DNA of 64,000 nucleotides from the NCBI RefSeq assembly GCF_963921235.1, contig NC_086097.1, positions 206,090,001 to 206,154,000 on the forward strand, given 5' to 3'. The notes under the pieces are model-generated. The model saw only the letters and a program-made list of their open reading frames with translations, had not been told where the DNA came from and did not search any database. The position numbers and the translations under genes were made by a program. Below are positions 1-13,310 of this stretch, one piece after another; the first letter of the stretch is position 1, and the number at the start of each line of letters is the position of its first letter. The stretch comes from Mobula hypostoma. Taxonomy: Eukaryota.

Positions 1-268
1 AAGCTTCACTATTTTTCCACTAGCCTGTATATGTGAAACAATATGTAAGTTGGTGTTGGTGACTCACTGGCAGATGGTAGACTGGGTTCCAATGCACACA
101 ATTTATCAATAAAGAGAGAGAAGATGCAGTGATTCCTCACCATGAATGAAGAGTACTCATCTGAAGTAACTGTACCATATTCGAGAAAGCATTAGGAATA
201 GTTTGAATGTGGTTCCTAAAGGCAATTTAGATCTCTGAAATAGTTTAGAGCATCAAAAATTTTATGTG

Positions 269-858
269 TGAAACACTCTGGTTTCCTCGGCTGCATAAGT
301 ATAGGGAAGAGAATCTCCAGCCCCACCAGACGTGAGATTGAGGTGCAAGCCCACCCCAAAACCTCCTGTTTGTGTGGATGTTGTGAAATTCGTTACCCTG
401 TTACAAATGAGCGCCACAAAATAACACAGTACACGGCATACAATTTTTAATTTGTCTAAATGGTTCGTAAAGAAAGAACAAAAAAAAGGGCCCATTTTAA
501 TGAAACAGTCCAATGCGCACGTTGGAGCTCACAGTTTCCCCATCTCCAATCCTCCATTGATCTCACCCCGGAGTTCGTTGAATTACGGTCCCACTCCAGA
601 TCGAATCCTACAACCTCTTCTCTCCAGTGTCTTCTCTCTTCATCTCTCTCCCACAAAAAGCCCCAAGTCCAGCTTTAGTATCCCTCACCAGAGAAACCTC
701 CCCTTAATCCGACTATCCTGATTGGATGGCACACAATTCTCCTATCTCTTATCTTCAATAGTAACCCAAACGTAAGCTGTAAACAAGCAGCTCATACAGA
801 ACAGCACAAATGAAATACAGAACAGCATAACAGTAAAAATATGAACCAGGGCATTACA
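269..858 (-). mobile_element. Solo LTR (Gypsy-type), 590 bp
   Basis: TG...CA termini (TGAAAC...ATTACA) flanked by 4-bp direct repeat TGTG (265-268, 859-862). Its reverse complement shares GAGCTCCAACG and TAAAATGGGCCCTTTTT blocks with the LTR at 28714-29303. Confidence 0.8.
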
Positions 859-2022
859 TGTGATTTTAAAATATTTTGACTGCTTTTGAGGATCTCAGAA
901 AGAATCTTGATAGCTCCAGTTAAGGAGTATGTTCTAAAATACTTTTCTCCATTTTCACTAATGCCCCTGACATGCTTCTTTTACTTATTGTAAGAGATCT
1001 GACCTTTTTGCTAGAAGAATCACGTCATGCATGTTGGTATTTTTTTAATCAAGGTCACTCGTGAGTGCAACTGGCTTCAAAATGTGCCCCAACATGTAGC
1101 AATTGACAGGAAAATTAAATAAAAGATCTAGGATTTCAAATGTCATCAAGACAGAATATGCAGTTGGAATACCATCCACCTTCCTACCCTATGAAGCTAA
1201 CAGCAATGTTTTTTGTCAGAGCACACAATCGTGTAAAGAACAGATTCTACTCTCAGTCATTCCCTTCATATTCCCAGGACATGCTGCCACATTCTTCATT
1301 GAAGAAGCTAATCCAAATCATTGCAAGCTCACAGGGACTTCAACTATTTCCATATCATGCTTTGAAAAACTTTACTGAAACTGCTGACTTGTTAAATAGG
1401 CTGTTGACAAAGTTTGCATGATGTACCAAAGCATAATTACTACAAAGCAAATACGTTTTCCTTGAAAGACAAGTTCATTCAAAAAAGGTTATACAGTAAT
1501 CCCCTCAGAATAAATAGAACAAAATTCATTTGCTTTGGAGACAAATAACCTGATTAGTTGTTTGGCCAGCATGATAATGAAACTCTTGCTAAATAGTCCG
1601 CAGATCTCTACAGAAAGCAGCTAATGGGTAAATCGGTCCATTGTCCAGTGAGAAGACTTATTCAAAATCAGCTGTGAATTCTGTCCCTTTATTGATGACT
1701 GGAATGTCCATCCCACTGAAAATATTGAATTTTGTAATCTTCATTTATAAAACATGGATTTAAGAATACTTCTGATGTGGATTCAAACTCAGTGCAATGT
1801 TAAGGAATGAATTTGACTATTTGGGAGGGAGAATCTCATGAAAATACTTTTCCTATGAATTGGTTCGTTGTGTTCTGTTCGTGCCAATTATTATTTATGA
1901 AGCTAATTCAGAGAATATTTATAGCCAAGCTCATCTATTTTAAATTGAAAACTAACAAACTGAAGATAATGGAAATCTGAAATGAAAATAGAAAATGCTG
2001 GAAGCACAAAATAGGGAGGATG

Positions 2023-2307
2023 CAATGTTCCCTCTTTTCCCTCTAGTGCACAAAGGAATTTAAGCAGCATATAGAAGAGTGTATTTCAGGATTATACACT
2101 ATCACATTCCTTTTCCGGTTTCTGATGCGGATGGTGTTGACAATGTGGAGTTTGCGATGATTTGTCTGTAGATTTTAGAATTAGCTTATTTGTACTGTTT
2201 TTATTGAATAAATTATTTAGTGTGCACATGTTGTTGCCTCTAGCCAAAAATTTGCACAGCACAAGATTTTTGCACACACTGTTTATTACAAATTAGAGGG
2301 ATCATTA
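2023..2307. mobile_element. hAT-type MITE
   Basis: Imperfect TIRs CAATGTTCCCTCT / AGAGGGATCATTA; 8-bp TSD GGAGGATG / GGAAGATG (1 mismatch); no coding capacity. Confidence 0.7.
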
Positions 2308-2339
2308 GGAAGATGGTAACTTGAAGAGTTTTTAACCTG

Positions 2340-3036
2340 TGTAAGGGGGTTTTGACTTTTGTGTTACTGCGGAGGCTAATTAAAATGGCCTCTTTGTTAT
2401 GTTAATCTGGGGAATGCGGCTTTGTTGTGTTAAACGCTGAGAAAGTTTGCACTAGCAGCTTGTTTTTGCTTTAGTTGTGTGATAAGAAGGTGGTATTAAC
2501 CAATTGGGATAGTTGTTATAGTTTTGGTATATTTGAAGATACTGTATGCGCGGAGTTTTGGGAGCAGAAGGCGGGACAGCGAGACAGAGGATGGACCAGG
2601 TGCTGTGAGTCCGCTAACGGGGTCGGACCCCAAGCGGGACGTTCGGCAAAGAGACGGAGACGGACTCGTGTAGAGCGTCTGGTCGACCACCGTTGTTGGT
2701 CCCAGGCGGCCGGTGGAGATGGTCTGAGGGGTTGCAGGGTGAAAAAGAAGGTCCTTGAGCTCCAATGGTTTTTGTGCACGACGAGATTGAACTTTGATAA
2801 GTGTGGCGCCTTTTATTTTCCTGTTATATTTTATTCTCTTTTAATTATATAGTTCCAGTAATATCTACAAACTGTGAATCATTTAATTGCAACTGGTGTA
2901 TTGTCTGTTATTTGGGTGGCGTAGGGTACATCACACAGCATCCACAAAAACTAATTACTCAGATTGGCGGGGCCGAGGCTGTTTCCCTAGACGACAGCGA
3001 GCTGAGCGAACCTGAGGGTGGTCGGGGGGGGCTACA
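2340..3036 (+). mobile_element. Solo LTR (Gypsy-type), 697 bp
   Basis: TGTAA...CTACA termini, perfect 4-bp TSD CCTG (2336-2339, 3037-3040), CpG-rich; shares GAGCTCCAA and AATCATTTAATTGCA with the LTR at 28714. Confidence 0.85.
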
Positions 3037-3118
3037 CCTGAAACATTAATTATTTTTCTTTCCAAAGATGCCTTCTGTTGTATTTTCCAGCATTTGTTTT
3101 CACCTTCTAACTTAATAT

Positions 3119-5630
3119 TAGAACATAGAATAGTACAGCACAGTACAGGCCCTTCAGCCCACAATGTTGTGCTGACCCTTAAACCCTGCCCCCATATAAC
3201 CCCACCCCACCTTAAATTCCTCCATATACCTGTCTAGTAGTCTCTTAAATTTCACTAGTGTATCTGCCTCCACCACTGACTCAGGGAGTGTATTCCATGC
3301 ACCAACCACTCCCTGAGTAAAAAACCTTCCTCTAATATCCCCCTTGAACTTCCCACCCCTTCTTTACCTTAAAGCCATGTCCTCTTGTACTGAGCAGTGG
3401 TGCCCTGGGGAAAAGGTGTTGGCTGCCCACGCTATCTATTCCTCTTAATATCTTATACACCTCTATCATTCCCCCTCTCATCCTCCTTCTCTCCAAAGTG
3501 TGAAGCCCTAGCTCCCTTAATCTCTGATCATAATGCATAGTCTCTAAACCAGGCAGCATCCTGGTAAATCTCCTCTGTACCCTTTCCAATGCTTCCACAT
3601 CCTTCCTATAGTGAGGCGACCCAGAACTGGACACAGTACTCCAAGTGTGGCCTAACCAGAGTTTTATAGAGCTGCATCATTACCTCGCAAATCTTAAACT
3701 CTATCCCTCGACTTATGAAAGTTAATACCCCATAAGCTTTCTTAACTACCCTATCCACCTGTGAGGCAACTTTCAGGGATCTGTGGACATGTACCCCCAG
3801 ATCACTCAGCTCCTCCACACTACCAAGTATCCTGCGATTTACTTTGTACTCTACCTTGGTGTTTGTCCTTCCAAAGGGTAGCACCTCACACTTCTCCTGA
3901 TTGCGCTCCATCTGCCACTTCTCAGCCCACTTCTGCATCCTATCAATGTCTCTCTGCAATTGTCAACAATCCTCTACACTATCTACAACACCACCAAACT
4001 TTGTGTCGTCTGCACACTTGCCAACCCACCCTTCTACCCCCACATCCAGGTCATTAATAAAAATCAGGACTGATCCCAGAACTGATCCTTGTGGGACACC
4101 ACTAGTCACAACCCTCCAATCTGAATGTACTCCCTCCACCACAACCCTCTGCTTTCTACAGGCAAGCCAATTCTGAATCCACTTGGCCAAACTTCCCTGG
4201 ATCCCACGCCTTCTGACTTTTTGAATAAGCCTACCGTGTGGAACCTTGTCAAATGCCTTCCTAAAATCCATGTAGATCACATCCACTGCACTACCCTCAT
4301 CTATATGCCTGCTCACCTCCTCAACGAACTCTATCAGGCTTGTTAGACATGATCTGCCCTTCACAAAGCCATGCTGACTGTCCCTGATCAGACCATGATT
4401 CTCTAAATGCCCAGAGATCCTATCTCTAAGAATCTTTTCCAACAGCATTCCCACCACAGACATAAGGCTCACTGGCCTATAATTAACCAGACTATCCCTA
4501 CTACCTTTTTTTAAACAAGGGGACAACATTTGCCTCCTTCCAATCCTCCGGTACCATTTCTGTGGACAACGAGGACATAAAGATCCTAGCTAGAGGCTCA
4601 GCAATTTCTTCCCTCGCCTCGTGGAGCAGCCTGGGGAATATTCCGGCAGGCCCTGGGGACTTATCCGTCCTAATGTATTTTAACAACTCCAACACCTCCT
4701 CTCCCTTAATATCAACATGCTCCAGAACATCAACCTCACTCATATTGTCATCACCGTCATCAAGATCCCTCTCATTGGTGAATACCAAAGAGAAGTATTT
4801 ATTGAGGACCTCTCTCACTTCCACAGCCTCCAGGCACATCTTCCTACCTTTATCTCTAATCGGTCCTACTCCTCATTCTTTTGTTCTTCACATAATTGAG
4901 GAATGCCTTGGGACTTTCCTTTACCCTACTCGCCAAGGCCTTCTCATGTCCCCTTCTTGCTCTCCTCAGCCCCTTCTTAAGCTCCTTTCTTGCTACCCTA
5001 TATTCCTCAATAGACTCATCTGATCCTTGCTTCCTAAACCTCATGTATGCTGCCTTCTTCCACCTGACTAGATCTTCCACCTCATTTGTCACCCATGGTT
5101 CCTTCACCGTGCCATTCTTTATCTTCCTCACCAGGACAAATTTATCCCCAGCATCCTGCAAGAGATCCCTAAACATCGACCACATATCCATAGTACATCT
5201 CCCTGCAAAAACATCATCCCAATTCACACCCGCAAGTTCTAGCCTTATAGCCTCATAATTTGCCCTTCCCCAATTAAAATTTTTCCTGTTCTCTCTGATT
5301 CTATCCTTTTCCATGATAATGCTAAAGGCTAGGGAGCGGTGGTCACTGTCCCCCAGATGCTCACCCACTGAGAGATCTGTGACCTGACCCAGTTTGTTAC
5401 CTAATAGTAGTGACAGGAATCTATCCTGGACACACTTAACAAACTCTGCCCCGTCTAAACCGTTGGACGTAATCAGGTGCCAATCAGTATTAGGGAGGTT
5501 AAAGTCACCTATGATAACAACCCTGTTATTTTTGCATCTTTCCAAAATCTCCCTCCCAATCTACTCCTCGGTATCTCTGCTGCTACCAGGGGGCCTATAG
5601 GATACTCCCAAAAGAGTAACTGCTCCCTTC
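3119..5630 (-). mobile_element. CR1-clade LINE, 5'-truncated, ORF2 frameshifted (end of APE + RT + 3' tail)
   Basis: ORF pieces [72 protein letters not shown]-type tail near 3120. Confidence 0.95.
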
Positions 5631-6126
5631 GTACATTATTCAGTTTAAAGAATTAACTGGAGAAAAAGTGACAAAGTGCAGATAAAGAATTAAAATTGGC
5701 TTTCAGGATTAAGAAAAAGATCAAAATTTCTCTGTCTGTTGCCCTTAGAAGGACACTGAATGGAAAATAATTAAGTGAGTCATGTTAATTTATTGAGCTG
5801 GAAAATATTATTATTGGCAAAAGATGCATGTAATGATAAGGTAAATGTTTGATAACCACAATTTCTCTGAGTTTACTTATGGTCTACACAATGTCAATAA
5901 GCAGAAATACAAAGTTATAAAACCTAATTTCAGTTGAAGTCTACAAGAAGTTACATATCCCGTAACAGATTAAACATTGTCACTTAGGATGGAGCATTTG
6001 AACTATTTCCCCCTACCAATACTGGGGTGATATATTTTCATTCTTCAAAATTTAAAGTGGAAGAATTCACTTATTTTTGTGCTATATGATTAAATAACTG
6101 AAAAAAAAACATAATGGTAAATCCAC

Positions 6127-6260
6127 AAACAACAGGAATTCTGCAGATGCTGGAAATTCAAGCAACACACATCAAAGTTGCTGGTGAACGCAGCAGGCCA
6201 GGCAGCATCTCTAGGAAGAGGTACAGTCGATGCTTCAGGCCGAGACCCTTTATCAGGACT
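6127..6260 (-). mobile_element. Penelope-like pseudo-LTR fragment with mutated hammerhead
   Basis: Near-identical to 15278-15409; the hammerhead core reads CTGATAA...GAAGCATC, i.e. mutated. Confidence 0.85.
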
Positions 6261-6619
6261 ACATCCCACAGTTTTCATGAGTTCTCAATATGCAAACCAC
6301 GGTAATACATGGTAATACCAGAATTATATGCCGGAAACATCCAACATATCGAGGAAACTCTCATAGTGCCATTATGGTGTGTTCCTCCATAGTTCTGACT
6401 GGTTCTGGGAACTCTAGATAGGGTTGATCCTTCTCACTGAACTACTCACTAGTTTCTTCTTTGAGCCCCCAACATACTCCCTGGTGTTGACCTGCGCAGT
6501 TGCTAGACCGTGACCCTTGCCTGATTACCCTTACATCCACCAATCTGTCCCAGACCAATCCTGAAACTTCACAGTCCTTGACAACTGATCAATCCTCATT
6601 ATGAATTGAAGTCCTCCAG

Positions 6620-6970
6620 GGTAAATAGACCCTGTCTGAGCAGTAAATCCTTATAACTCAAGCCCACCAGACTTGGCAACGTCCTTGTGAATCACCTCTG
6701 TACCTTTTCCAGCTTAATTACATCTTTCCTGTTGTGTTGGAATCAGAACTGCACACAATAGGCCAAGTACAGTCTGTCCAATGTTTTGTTGGACTGTAAC
6801 ATGACATCCCAACTCTTGTACAAAATGTCTCAACCGATTAAGGCAAGCACATCTTATTTTTGCTTCACATCTCTTCTACCTGTATTGCCATTTTCATGGA
6901 ATTATGTACCTGTACTCACATGTCTCTTTGTTTAACAACACTTCCCAGGATTCTGCCATTCACTATATAT
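6620..6970 (-). mobile_element. Old CR1 RT 3' fragment
   Basis: Degenerate similarity to 3560-3860 (CAGAACTGCACACAATA, GTACCTTTTCCA). Confidence 0.7.
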
Positions 6971-7966
6971 GGCCTAACCTAGTTTAAAATGTTCTAGGGC
7001 TGCAGTCATCGAGTTTGGAACAGTCCCCAGGAATCTTCAAGACTACACCAAAAGAAGTGGCCTGTGACATCATCAGGCATTTATGGGACAGCACATAGTT
7101 TACTGAGACTGAACAAGTGGAGCTTTCAGACAACATTCGGGAACCACTGCCCAAGATTTTAAAGTGTTTCTCCTAAAATCAGTAATTATAATGACTAGTG
7201 CTGTTGGAGTTTATATACTGGGTTGTTGTTCTACTCTGTGGAAGGAAATATTTCACCAAATGTCCTGTTTAATGTTCCTTTTCCACACTGGAAACCAGAC
7301 ATATTTACTGCAAAGGTACGTGTTTTGCTGATTCATTTTTTCTATCAAATTATTTCAAGGATGTGAAAAATTTTAGTCCACAGAAACATACATTGTTTGA
7401 TGTTCCATCAATTCAGCTTATATAAAAGCTGTATTTTCTATTTGATTTAACTTGGCTAATAGTTAATAGTTAATGGCTAATTTATTCAGTATTCCTAAAT
7501 AAACCAAGATTTTAAATAAAAGCCAAGCCTATCCAAAAAATCAAACTAACCTGATGAAAAGTGGGAATTACATGAGCAAGAGACAATGTATGCAGCAAGC
7601 TATGGCTATCAGCTAGATTTCTGATGAGTATAATATACTATGTGTAACAGCTTTCCTTTACTCAGAAGAATACAAATATTCTTTGATTACAAATGTTCTT
7701 GTATTACTTACAGAACATTTCATCTAAGTATCATCAGGATCAGTGTACAGCCTGTCTAAAGTATACAACCTTTCCTATCTTGAGGTAACCGATCTGTGGA
7801 ATATGCCCAATCCCATGTGGAACCTCACTGAAAATCTTTCAAAAATTAAAATATACCACATCCAATGACTCAACTTCATCTATTCTACAAGTCATATTTT
7901 TAAAGAAGTCCAGCAGACTTTCAAAGCCATGTTGACTCTGCTCATTCTGATTATACACTTCATGCT

Positions 7967-8237
7967 ACACACCTAAAATGCTGAAGGAACTCAGCAGGCC
8001 AGGCAGCATCTATGGGAAAAAATACGTGACGTTTCGGGCAGAAACCCTTCGCAGGACTGGAAAAAAAATGTTCTACTCTTCAGTTTTTTTTTTCTCCAGT
8101 CCTGCCAAAGGGTTTCAGCCCGAAACACCAATTGCACTTTTTTCCCAAAGATGCTGCCTGACCTGCTGAGTTCCTCCAGCATTTTGTGTGTGTTACTCAG
8201 ATTTCCAGCATCTGCAGATTTTCTCTTGTTTGTGATT
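7967..8237. mobile_element. Palindromic non-autonomous Penelope-derived element
   Basis: Two ~100-bp pLTR arms in inverted orientation, each with a degenerate hammerhead; 11-bp TSD CACTTCATGCT (7956-7966, 8238-8248). Confidence 0.85.
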
Positions 8238-8814
8238 CACTTCATGCTGTTCTTTATTTTCTAATGTGTTTCTTTTTCTTTTAAAAAATCATGTGTAATT
8301 TATGTTTGATCTATATTTTCCTTGTAAATTCTGCTTATATACTATGTACCTGTGATGCTGCAGCAAGTTAGTTTTTCACTACACCTGTGCATACATGTAC
8401 CTGTGTGTATGATAATAAACTGACTTCAACCACTGGGCTAACAAGTCAATAGCTCTCTGTACTTAGCACTCTCTCACCTTGAACAGCAGGATCACCCTCC
8501 AACATTTGGGACATGAATACAAGAGGATTTGTCTCGTAAAATATTGGATCCTCAGACTCTGTGCTATACAAAACCCATATCTGGAAGAAACCTATTAATG
8601 TGGTCAGAAGAGATTTACTCTAATGCAAATGCATCTCAAATATTTCCTATGCCAAAATTCCATCCAGTGACCCTTCAGTTTGCTCTCACTATCAACCAGA
8701 CAACACAAGACAAAGATACAATATTCCAATAAAACTACCAGTAGGGTCATCAACCTCTGTTCCAAGCAGAAATTCTAGAGACAAATGGGATATTCAAGAG
8801 TATTAGCAATTGCT

Positions 8815-9426
8815 TTAATTGGCCTGTCCCCTAAAACCCTTTCTAATTTTTATAGATGCACCGTAGAAAGCATTCTTCGAGGGTGCATCACAACCTGGTA
8901 TGGAAGTTGTCCTGTCCAAGACTGAAAGAAGCTGCAGAAGATCGTGAACACGGCGCAGCACATCACACAAACCAATCTTCCGTCCTTGAACTCACTTTAC
9001 ACCGCACGCTGTCGGAGCAGTGCTGCCAGGATAATCAAGGACACGACCCACCCAGCCAACACACTTTCGTTCCTCTTCCCTCCAGGAGAGGGCTCAGGAG
9101 CTTGAAGTCTCGTACGGCCAGATTTGGTAACAGCTTCTTTCCAACTGTGATAAGACTGCTGAACGGATCCTGACCTGGATCTGAGCTGTACCCTCCAAAT
9201 ATCCGGACCTGCCTCTCATTTTTTTTGCACTACCTTACTTTCCATTTTTCTATTTTCTACTTATGATTTATAATTTAAATTGTTATATTCACTAATTTTT
9301 ACTATTTTTAATATTTAATATTTGTAATCCAGGGAGCGGGAAGCGCAGAATCAAATGTCGCTGTGATGATTGTACATTCTATTATCAATTGTTTGGTGAC
9401 AATAAAGTATAAACTATAAAGTATAA
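8815..9426 (+). mobile_element. Rex1/Babar-type LINE 3' fragment
   Basis: Encodes NFYRCTVESILRGCITTWYG and RTARFGNSFFPTVIRLLN; tail AATAAAGTATAAACTATAAAGTATAA. Confidence 0.88.
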
Positions 9427-10120
9427 TTGCAGCAGACACCTCTCCTGGCATTTAGATAATCTGATAGGGCTCTGAAACAGAAAGCCATTGACTGAGAAGG
9501 TCCTTCATCAATGAAATTGCTAATTCTATTATACAATCTCTGTCTTGTGAAAGGCCACACTGAGAGTGCAACTTTACAAAATCTCCTCTATTGTGTGTGA
9601 ACAGAAACATAAAAGCAAAAGTGTGAAAGTGTATGCAGACATTTTCTAAAAAGATTAGTTTTTTGTTTAGGATCATCAAAATTCAGAATATAAACCGAGC
9701 CAACGTTTTGAGGTAAAGGTCATGCTGTCTCTCAGTTCACAGAGTATATATATGAGTTGAGAGCCAATTGTGCTTATTCTCCACAATGGTCACTCCTCTC
9801 TCCATGGTGCTGAGGCTATGAAGACTGCCCAGCTGCAGCGTTCTGTGCCAACTAATATGATGAACTGAAAAGCGAGGCTTTGGGCTTTCTCCAGCCTGCT
9901 CCAGGGTTTGGATCTGAGGACGTAATTTGGTTCAAAATGTTGTTGTTCACTTCAACTGTTTGCATGATCTGTTTTTTCACTCTTTCTCTTGCACATCAGC
10001 TGTTGGTCTTTTTAATTTTTTTCTTTAACTGGGCTTTTTTGGGTTCCTTGCTTTGTGGCTTTCGGTGAACAAATAAATCTCAAGGTTGTATAATTTATAC
10101 ATTCTTTGATGATGCATGTC

Positions 10121-10128
10121 TGTGTGTG

Positions 10129-10188
<60 letters not shown>

Positions 10189-10250
10189 TATACACATATA
10201 TACATACGTATACACACACACACACACACACATACATATACACAAACACA
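10121..10250. repeat. Compound (TG)/(TA)/(CA) microsatellite
   Basis: Directly visible dinucleotide runs. Confidence 0.97.
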
Positions 10251-10254
10251 AACT

Positions 10255-10680
10255 CTCACTTGGTGGCTTCCTGCTCCTAAGAAAGTGGCCAGTGAGTGTA
10301 TGATTATGGTCTTCTACTGCTGTAGCTCATGCCCTTTAAGGTTTGATGTGCTATGTATTCAGAGACGCCCTTCTGCACACTACAGTTGTTACATGTGTTT
10401 AAGAGTTAATGTCACCTTTCTGTCAGCTTGAAGCAGCCTGGCCATTCTCCTCTGACCTCTCTCATTCACAAGATATTTTTTCATCATGCTCTGTAAACTC
10501 CAGAGACTGTTGTGCATGAAAATCCCAGGAGATCAGCAGTTCCTGAAATACTCAAACTGCTCAAAGTAACCCCACCTGGCACCAACAATCATTTGACAGT
10601 CAAAGTCAGTTAGATCACATTTCTTCCCTATTCTGATGTTTGAACAACTGGACCTCTTGACCACATTTGCATGCTTTTAT
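10255..10680 (-). mobile_element. Tc1/mariner-like transposon fragment
   Basis: Blocks CCATTCTCCTCTGACCTCT, GAGACTGTTGTGCATGAAAATCCCAGGAGATCAGCAGTT and CTGGCACCAACAATC, recognised from fish Tc1-like elements; TIRs not resolved. Confidence 0.65.
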
Positions 10681-10849
10681 AAAATAAAATTGAAGATCTC
10701 AGAGCAAGATTGCTGTTTTAGTGGGACATCAGGGACTGCTGTGCACTTTGCTTCACGGAAACATGGCTATCTCCTACCATTTCAGATGCAGTGCTTCTGC
10801 TTAGTGGTTTCAGCATTCTTTGCAAAGATAGGACAGATTAGTTGCTTAA

Positions 10850-13310
10850 AGGCAGAGGAGATGGAGTATATGTTATGATTAACTCATAATGGTTCAAAAA
10901 TATGGTGGTTCTGTCTCAGTCCTGCTCACCTGACCTGGAATAACAATTAAATGTTGTCCATTTTAACCGCTGAGGGAGTTTTCCGCCATTATCTTGGTAG
11001 TGGTGTACATTCCACCTTGGGCCAACGTCAGGCAAGCACTGGAGGAGCTGAGCAATGTAATCAGCAGGCACAAAACATCACACCGTAATGCCCTCCCTAT
11101 CATTTCAGGAGATTTCAACCAGGCCAGCTGGAAGGAGTCTCTGATCTACTACCACCAACATATCACCTGTGGAACCAGAGGAGCCAACACACTTGACCAC
11201 TGTTATACCACCATCGAGAAACCTTACAATGCCATCTCACACCCGCACTTTGAAAAGTCCTGGCTGTACCTCTGCTCCTAGCATATAGGCAGAGACTAAA
11301 GACCACATTACCAGTGGTGAAGACCAAGAATGTACAGTCAAGGGAGGCAAATGAGTGCTTACAAGATTGCTTTGAGCCAGTGGACTGAACAATATTTAGG
11401 GATTGTTTTTCAAGTCTGCATGAATATGCCACAGTTGTTGCCAGCTTCATCAAGGCCTGTGTGGATGAGTGTTTGCCTTTGAGAACATACTGGGCATACC
11501 CAAATCAAAAGCTATGTATGAACCAGATGATTCTATAAGACCATAATACTGTATGTAGAAGCAGATTTAAGCCATCTGGCCCATCAAGTCTGCTCCACCA
11601 TTCAATCACACTGATCCTTTTTTTTTTCTCCTCCTCAATCCTAGTTCATGGCCTTCTCCCTGCAACCTTTGATGCCATGTCATGTCTGCTGAGAGGCAGA
11701 TCGAGGCCAATAATCCAGAACTATATAAGAAGTCCAGTTACAATTTATGGAAAGCTACTTAAGAGTGAAAAATCATTTCCTGTTCAGGTTAGAGATGTAG
11801 TCAAATGCATTTCAGCTCAGGCAGGGTTTGCAGGCCATTTCTTCCTCTGAAGCAAAACCTAACATCATGAACGGCTGTAATGCCTCACTCTCAGATGAGC
11901 TCAATGCTTTTTATATGCTTTGAAAGGGAGAATAAAACTACCTATGTGCAAATCCCTGCGGCATCTGCTGGCCTTGTGATCTCTGTCTTGAAGGCTGATG
12001 TCAGAACATCTTTCAACAGGCTGAACCCTCAGAATGTATCAGGGCCAGATAGTATAGCAGTTAGGGCTGTAAAAACCTGAGCTAACCAACCGATGGGAGT
12101 GTTCAAGGACATCTTCAATCTCTCACTGGTGGAGTTTTCCACCTGCTTCAGAATGGTGACAAACATACCAGTGTACAAGAAGACCAGGGTGAGCTGCTTC
12201 AATGACTATTGCCCCAGTTGCACTCACATCTACTGTGATGAAGTGCTATGAGAGGTTGGTCATGGCCAGGATCAATTCATGCCAAAGCAAGGACCTGGAC
12301 CCACTGAATTTGCCTATCTCCATAAAAGGTCTACAGTGGATGCCATCTCACTGGTTCTCCACTCTGCCTTGGATCACCTGGACAATAGCAATACCTACAT
12401 TGGGCTGCTGTTTACCAATTCCAGCTCAGAGCTCAACACAAACACACCCTCAGTTCTAATGAACAAGCACCAAAACCTGGGCCTCTGTACCTCCCTTTGC
12501 AACTGGATCCTTGACTTCCTCATGAGAAAACCACAGTCTGGATGGATTAGAAGCAACATCTCCTCCTAGCTGACAATCAACATTGGCGCACCTCAAGAAT
12601 GCATGCTTAGCCCACTGCTTTACACCCACAATTGTGTCTAGGGACAGCACAAATACCATCTATAAATTTGTTGACAACACTACTACTGTAGGCAGAATTT
12701 CAGATGGGGACGAGGAAACGTACAGGAGTTTGATAGGTCAGCTGACTGAGAGGTCTCACAGTAGTAATCCTGCACTCAACATCAGGAAGAATTGATAGTG
12801 ATCTTCAGCAAGGAGAGTTGAGGGAATGCACAGCAGTGCTCATCAGGGGATCAGAAGTAGAAAGGGTGAGCAGTTTCAAGTTCTCGGGTGTCAATGTCTC
12901 TGAGGAACCAAAATATTGATGCAGTTACAAAAAAGACATGACAGTTGCTATATTTCATTAAGAGTTTGAGGAGAATTGGTATGTCACCAAGGACCACAGA
13001 TGTACCATGGAGAGCATTCTAAAGTATACAACTTTCTGCAGCTCTTTCTGATCCTGTGCAGAGGCTTCTCTGTACCATATGATGGTGCAACCAGTTAAAA
13101 TACACTCCATGGCTCCATCATGGGCATTATCCTCCTCAGTATCCAGGACAACTGCAAAAGGTGATGCCTCAAAAAAATGAGGCGTGTATCATTCTGGACA
13201 CCCTTCACCCAGGACTCGACCTCATCTCATTGCTACCATCAAGAAGTAGGTACAGGAGCCTGAAGACACACACTAAACATTTCAGTAACAGCTTCTTCCC
13301 TTTCTGAATG
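10850..13310 (+). mobile_element. Rex1/Babar-type LINE (APE + RT), degraded
   Basis: VVVYIPP, GDFNQA, TRGANTLDHCY, PVALTSTVMKCYERLV, STVDAIS, LCNWILDFL, KFVDNTT; many stops and frameshifts; a CR1 3'-tail fragment is nested at ~11535-11680. Confidence 0.92.

Noticed and set aside
10012..10431. Cys/Val- and His/Thr-rich ORFs
   Set aside because: Translations of the dinucleotide microsatellite.
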